From IMG/VR virus record IMGVR_UViG_3300043122_000050: a stretch of 64,000 bases of DNA. One strand, 5' to 3'. The DNA is from a virus. Below are positions 62,881 through 64,000 of this stretch, one piece after another. Position 1 is the stretch's first letter. Every line of letters begins with the position of its first letter. The translations under genes were made by a program, and so were the position numbers. The notes beneath the pieces are model-generated. The model saw nothing but the letters and a program-made list of their open reading frames with translations. It had not been told where the DNA came from and made no database searches.

Positions 62881-63755
62881 ACCTCAAATTCCCTAATCTG
62901 TTTATCTATTTTAAAAGTAGTATCGACCGAATCTACAGTGAACACTCTGTCAACCTTTCTAATGTTAAATACCTTTTTAGGTATAGTAGGCTTATATACC
63001 CTTACCACTACATTAGAAGTTGATTGGTTTGTTGTAGTTGAAAGTTCTACTTTATTTTCAAGAGTAACACTGTAACTACAAAAACTATCATTTGTAAATG
63101 AGTTGAGATTAAGTGTAGAGTTACTACTTAAGTACAGTTCAGATAGGCAATCGCTTGTCCTACATTCAATAGTCAGTGAAGAATTGTTTTCCACATATAT
63201 GGAAGCATAAGACTCTTCAGTGACAGCATTTATAACTACAACAGGCGGTACTTCACCAATATTCAACTCTATATGGGAAATACTTGGGTTAGTATTTACA
63301 GATATAGAAATAAGAGTTTTAGAGTCTAAACTTATTAAAGAGGCTGAATCCTGCGTAACTGCATCTATGTTAACCTGTGAGTAAGTACTAACTGTTACAA
63401 CTGAATTACAAGAGTCTGTGTTGGCGGTAACATCAAGGCTAAGAGCACCAAGAATCTCGATATCTGAGACTACTGAAGCAGTGATTGAATCCAGTGTAGC
63501 ACTGGTACTAACTTCCAACTCTAAACTTGAATATGCCTGACCTGTAACTACATCAATCGTTACTTGAGAACTTGAACTTAGTTGTATCGAAGATTCTGAA
63601 TTGCTTAGCGTTGTTAGTAGGGATACTTCGCTAGAAAGTTTACATTCTATTGATGAGACACTGTTGTTTGTTGTAGATATAACATTTACAACTACTGGGG
63701 TTGGTGTGTAGAACCCGTTGTTATCAAATGCCGCTGCGTAAAAGGCTCCAGACAT
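62877..63755 (-). CDS. Ser/Thr/Val-rich protein built of about ten 21-residue tandem repeats
   Basis: Period-21 pattern S.(S)S(I/L).(L).....(L/V).(I/L/V)..(V/T).., e.g. SESSIQLSSSSQVTIDVVTGQ / AYSSLELEVSTSATLDSITAS. Confidence 0.6.
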   Translation of the reverse strand: MSGAFYAAAFDNNGFYTPTPVVVNVISTTNNSVSSIECKLSSEVSLLTTLSNSESSIQLSSSSQVTIDVVTGQAYSSLELEVSTSATLDSITASVVSDIEILGALSLDVTANTDSCNSVVTVSTYSQVNIDAVTQDSASLISLDSKTLISISVNTNPSISHIELNIGEVPPVVVINAVTEESYASIYVENNSSLTIECRTSDCLSELYLSSNSTLNLNSFTNDSFCSYSVTLENKVELSTTTNQSTSNVVVRVYKPTIPKKVFNIRKVDRVFTVDSVDTTFKIDKQIREFEV

Positions 63756-63797
63756 ATTGATAACCTACCTATTATTTGTTCTAATTTGAATGAGGGC

Positions 63798-64000
63798 TTA
63801 CCCAACCCATAGTCGGGCTTGCTCGGCACCCGCCAAAGTCAAAGCCTCTCGCAGCTCTGCCCCCGTGGCGTCGATTTCAGTATTGTCATGTAAAACCCAG
63901 CGTACAGTCTGCCCTTCCGGTAAAGCGAGAATTGCACGAGCCATTCGCCCCTGACTTACCTCGTCACCGTCGAAAGTGTTTCCGGCAGAGGTGGTTACGG
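63798..64000 (-). CDS. 3' end of a GC-rich ORF that continues beyond the window (fibre-associated C-terminal domain)
   Basis: The minus frame reads ..RMARAILALPEGQTVRWVLHDNTEIDATGAELREALTLAGAEQARLWVG*. It resembles the C-terminus of 37405..37785. No start lies in the window. Confidence 0.55.
   Translation of the reverse strand, partial: VTTSAGNTFDGDEVSQGRMARAILALPEGQTVRWVLHDNTEIDATGAELREALTLAGAEQARLWVG

Overview
This window is a large part of a tailed dsDNA bacteriophage genome, roughly 40% GC by eye. The host is probably Gram-negative, because a SAR-type endolysin, a holin and a spanin pair are present.

Layout:
- 1-1140: non-coding, repeat-rich end region. It contains a 28-bp tandem array cut by the window edge, then clusters of short repeats and iteron-like repeats.
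- 1144-7917 (minus strand): small early genes, including tandem paralog families.
- 7930-9040: divergent, AT-rich promoter region.
- 8231-33840 (plus strand): early and middle genes. These include many small paralogs, a MoxR-like AAA+ ATPase with a vWA/metallopeptidase partner, a T7 gp4-like primase-helicase and a family A DNA polymerase. Also present are an SSB-like protein, a FEN exonuclease, a dNMP kinase, MazG, a glutaredoxin, ThyX, and class I RNR NrdA/NrdB.
- About 33870: bidirectional terminator.
- 33901-64000 (minus strand): late genes. These are the lysis cassette, tail fibres, baseplate (gpJ, gp25/W and gpV-like), tape measure and chaperone. Further along are three tube paralogs, a sheath-like protein and a lambda-like head module (gpE-like capsid, gpD-like decoration protein, S49 protease/scaffold, portal, TerL).

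Most striking observation: four mutually homologous, T4-td-like group I introns interrupt four different late genes. These are the tape measure, the sheath-like protein, the portal and TerL, where the intron sits inside the Walker A codons. Two of the introns carry paralogous HNH_3-type homing endonuclease genes. At least five further free-standing homing endonuclease genes are scattered through the window.

Other points of interest:
- A GC-rich, apparently imported tail-fibre island whose main gene is broken by a 1-nt homopolymer frameshift.
- A superfamily of small early proteins whose conserved C-termini also encode the Shine-Dalgarno sequence of the next gene.
- A phage-borne MoxR/vWA-metallopeptidase pair.
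- The terminal repeat architecture.

All functional calls rest on motifs read by eye. No database search was run.
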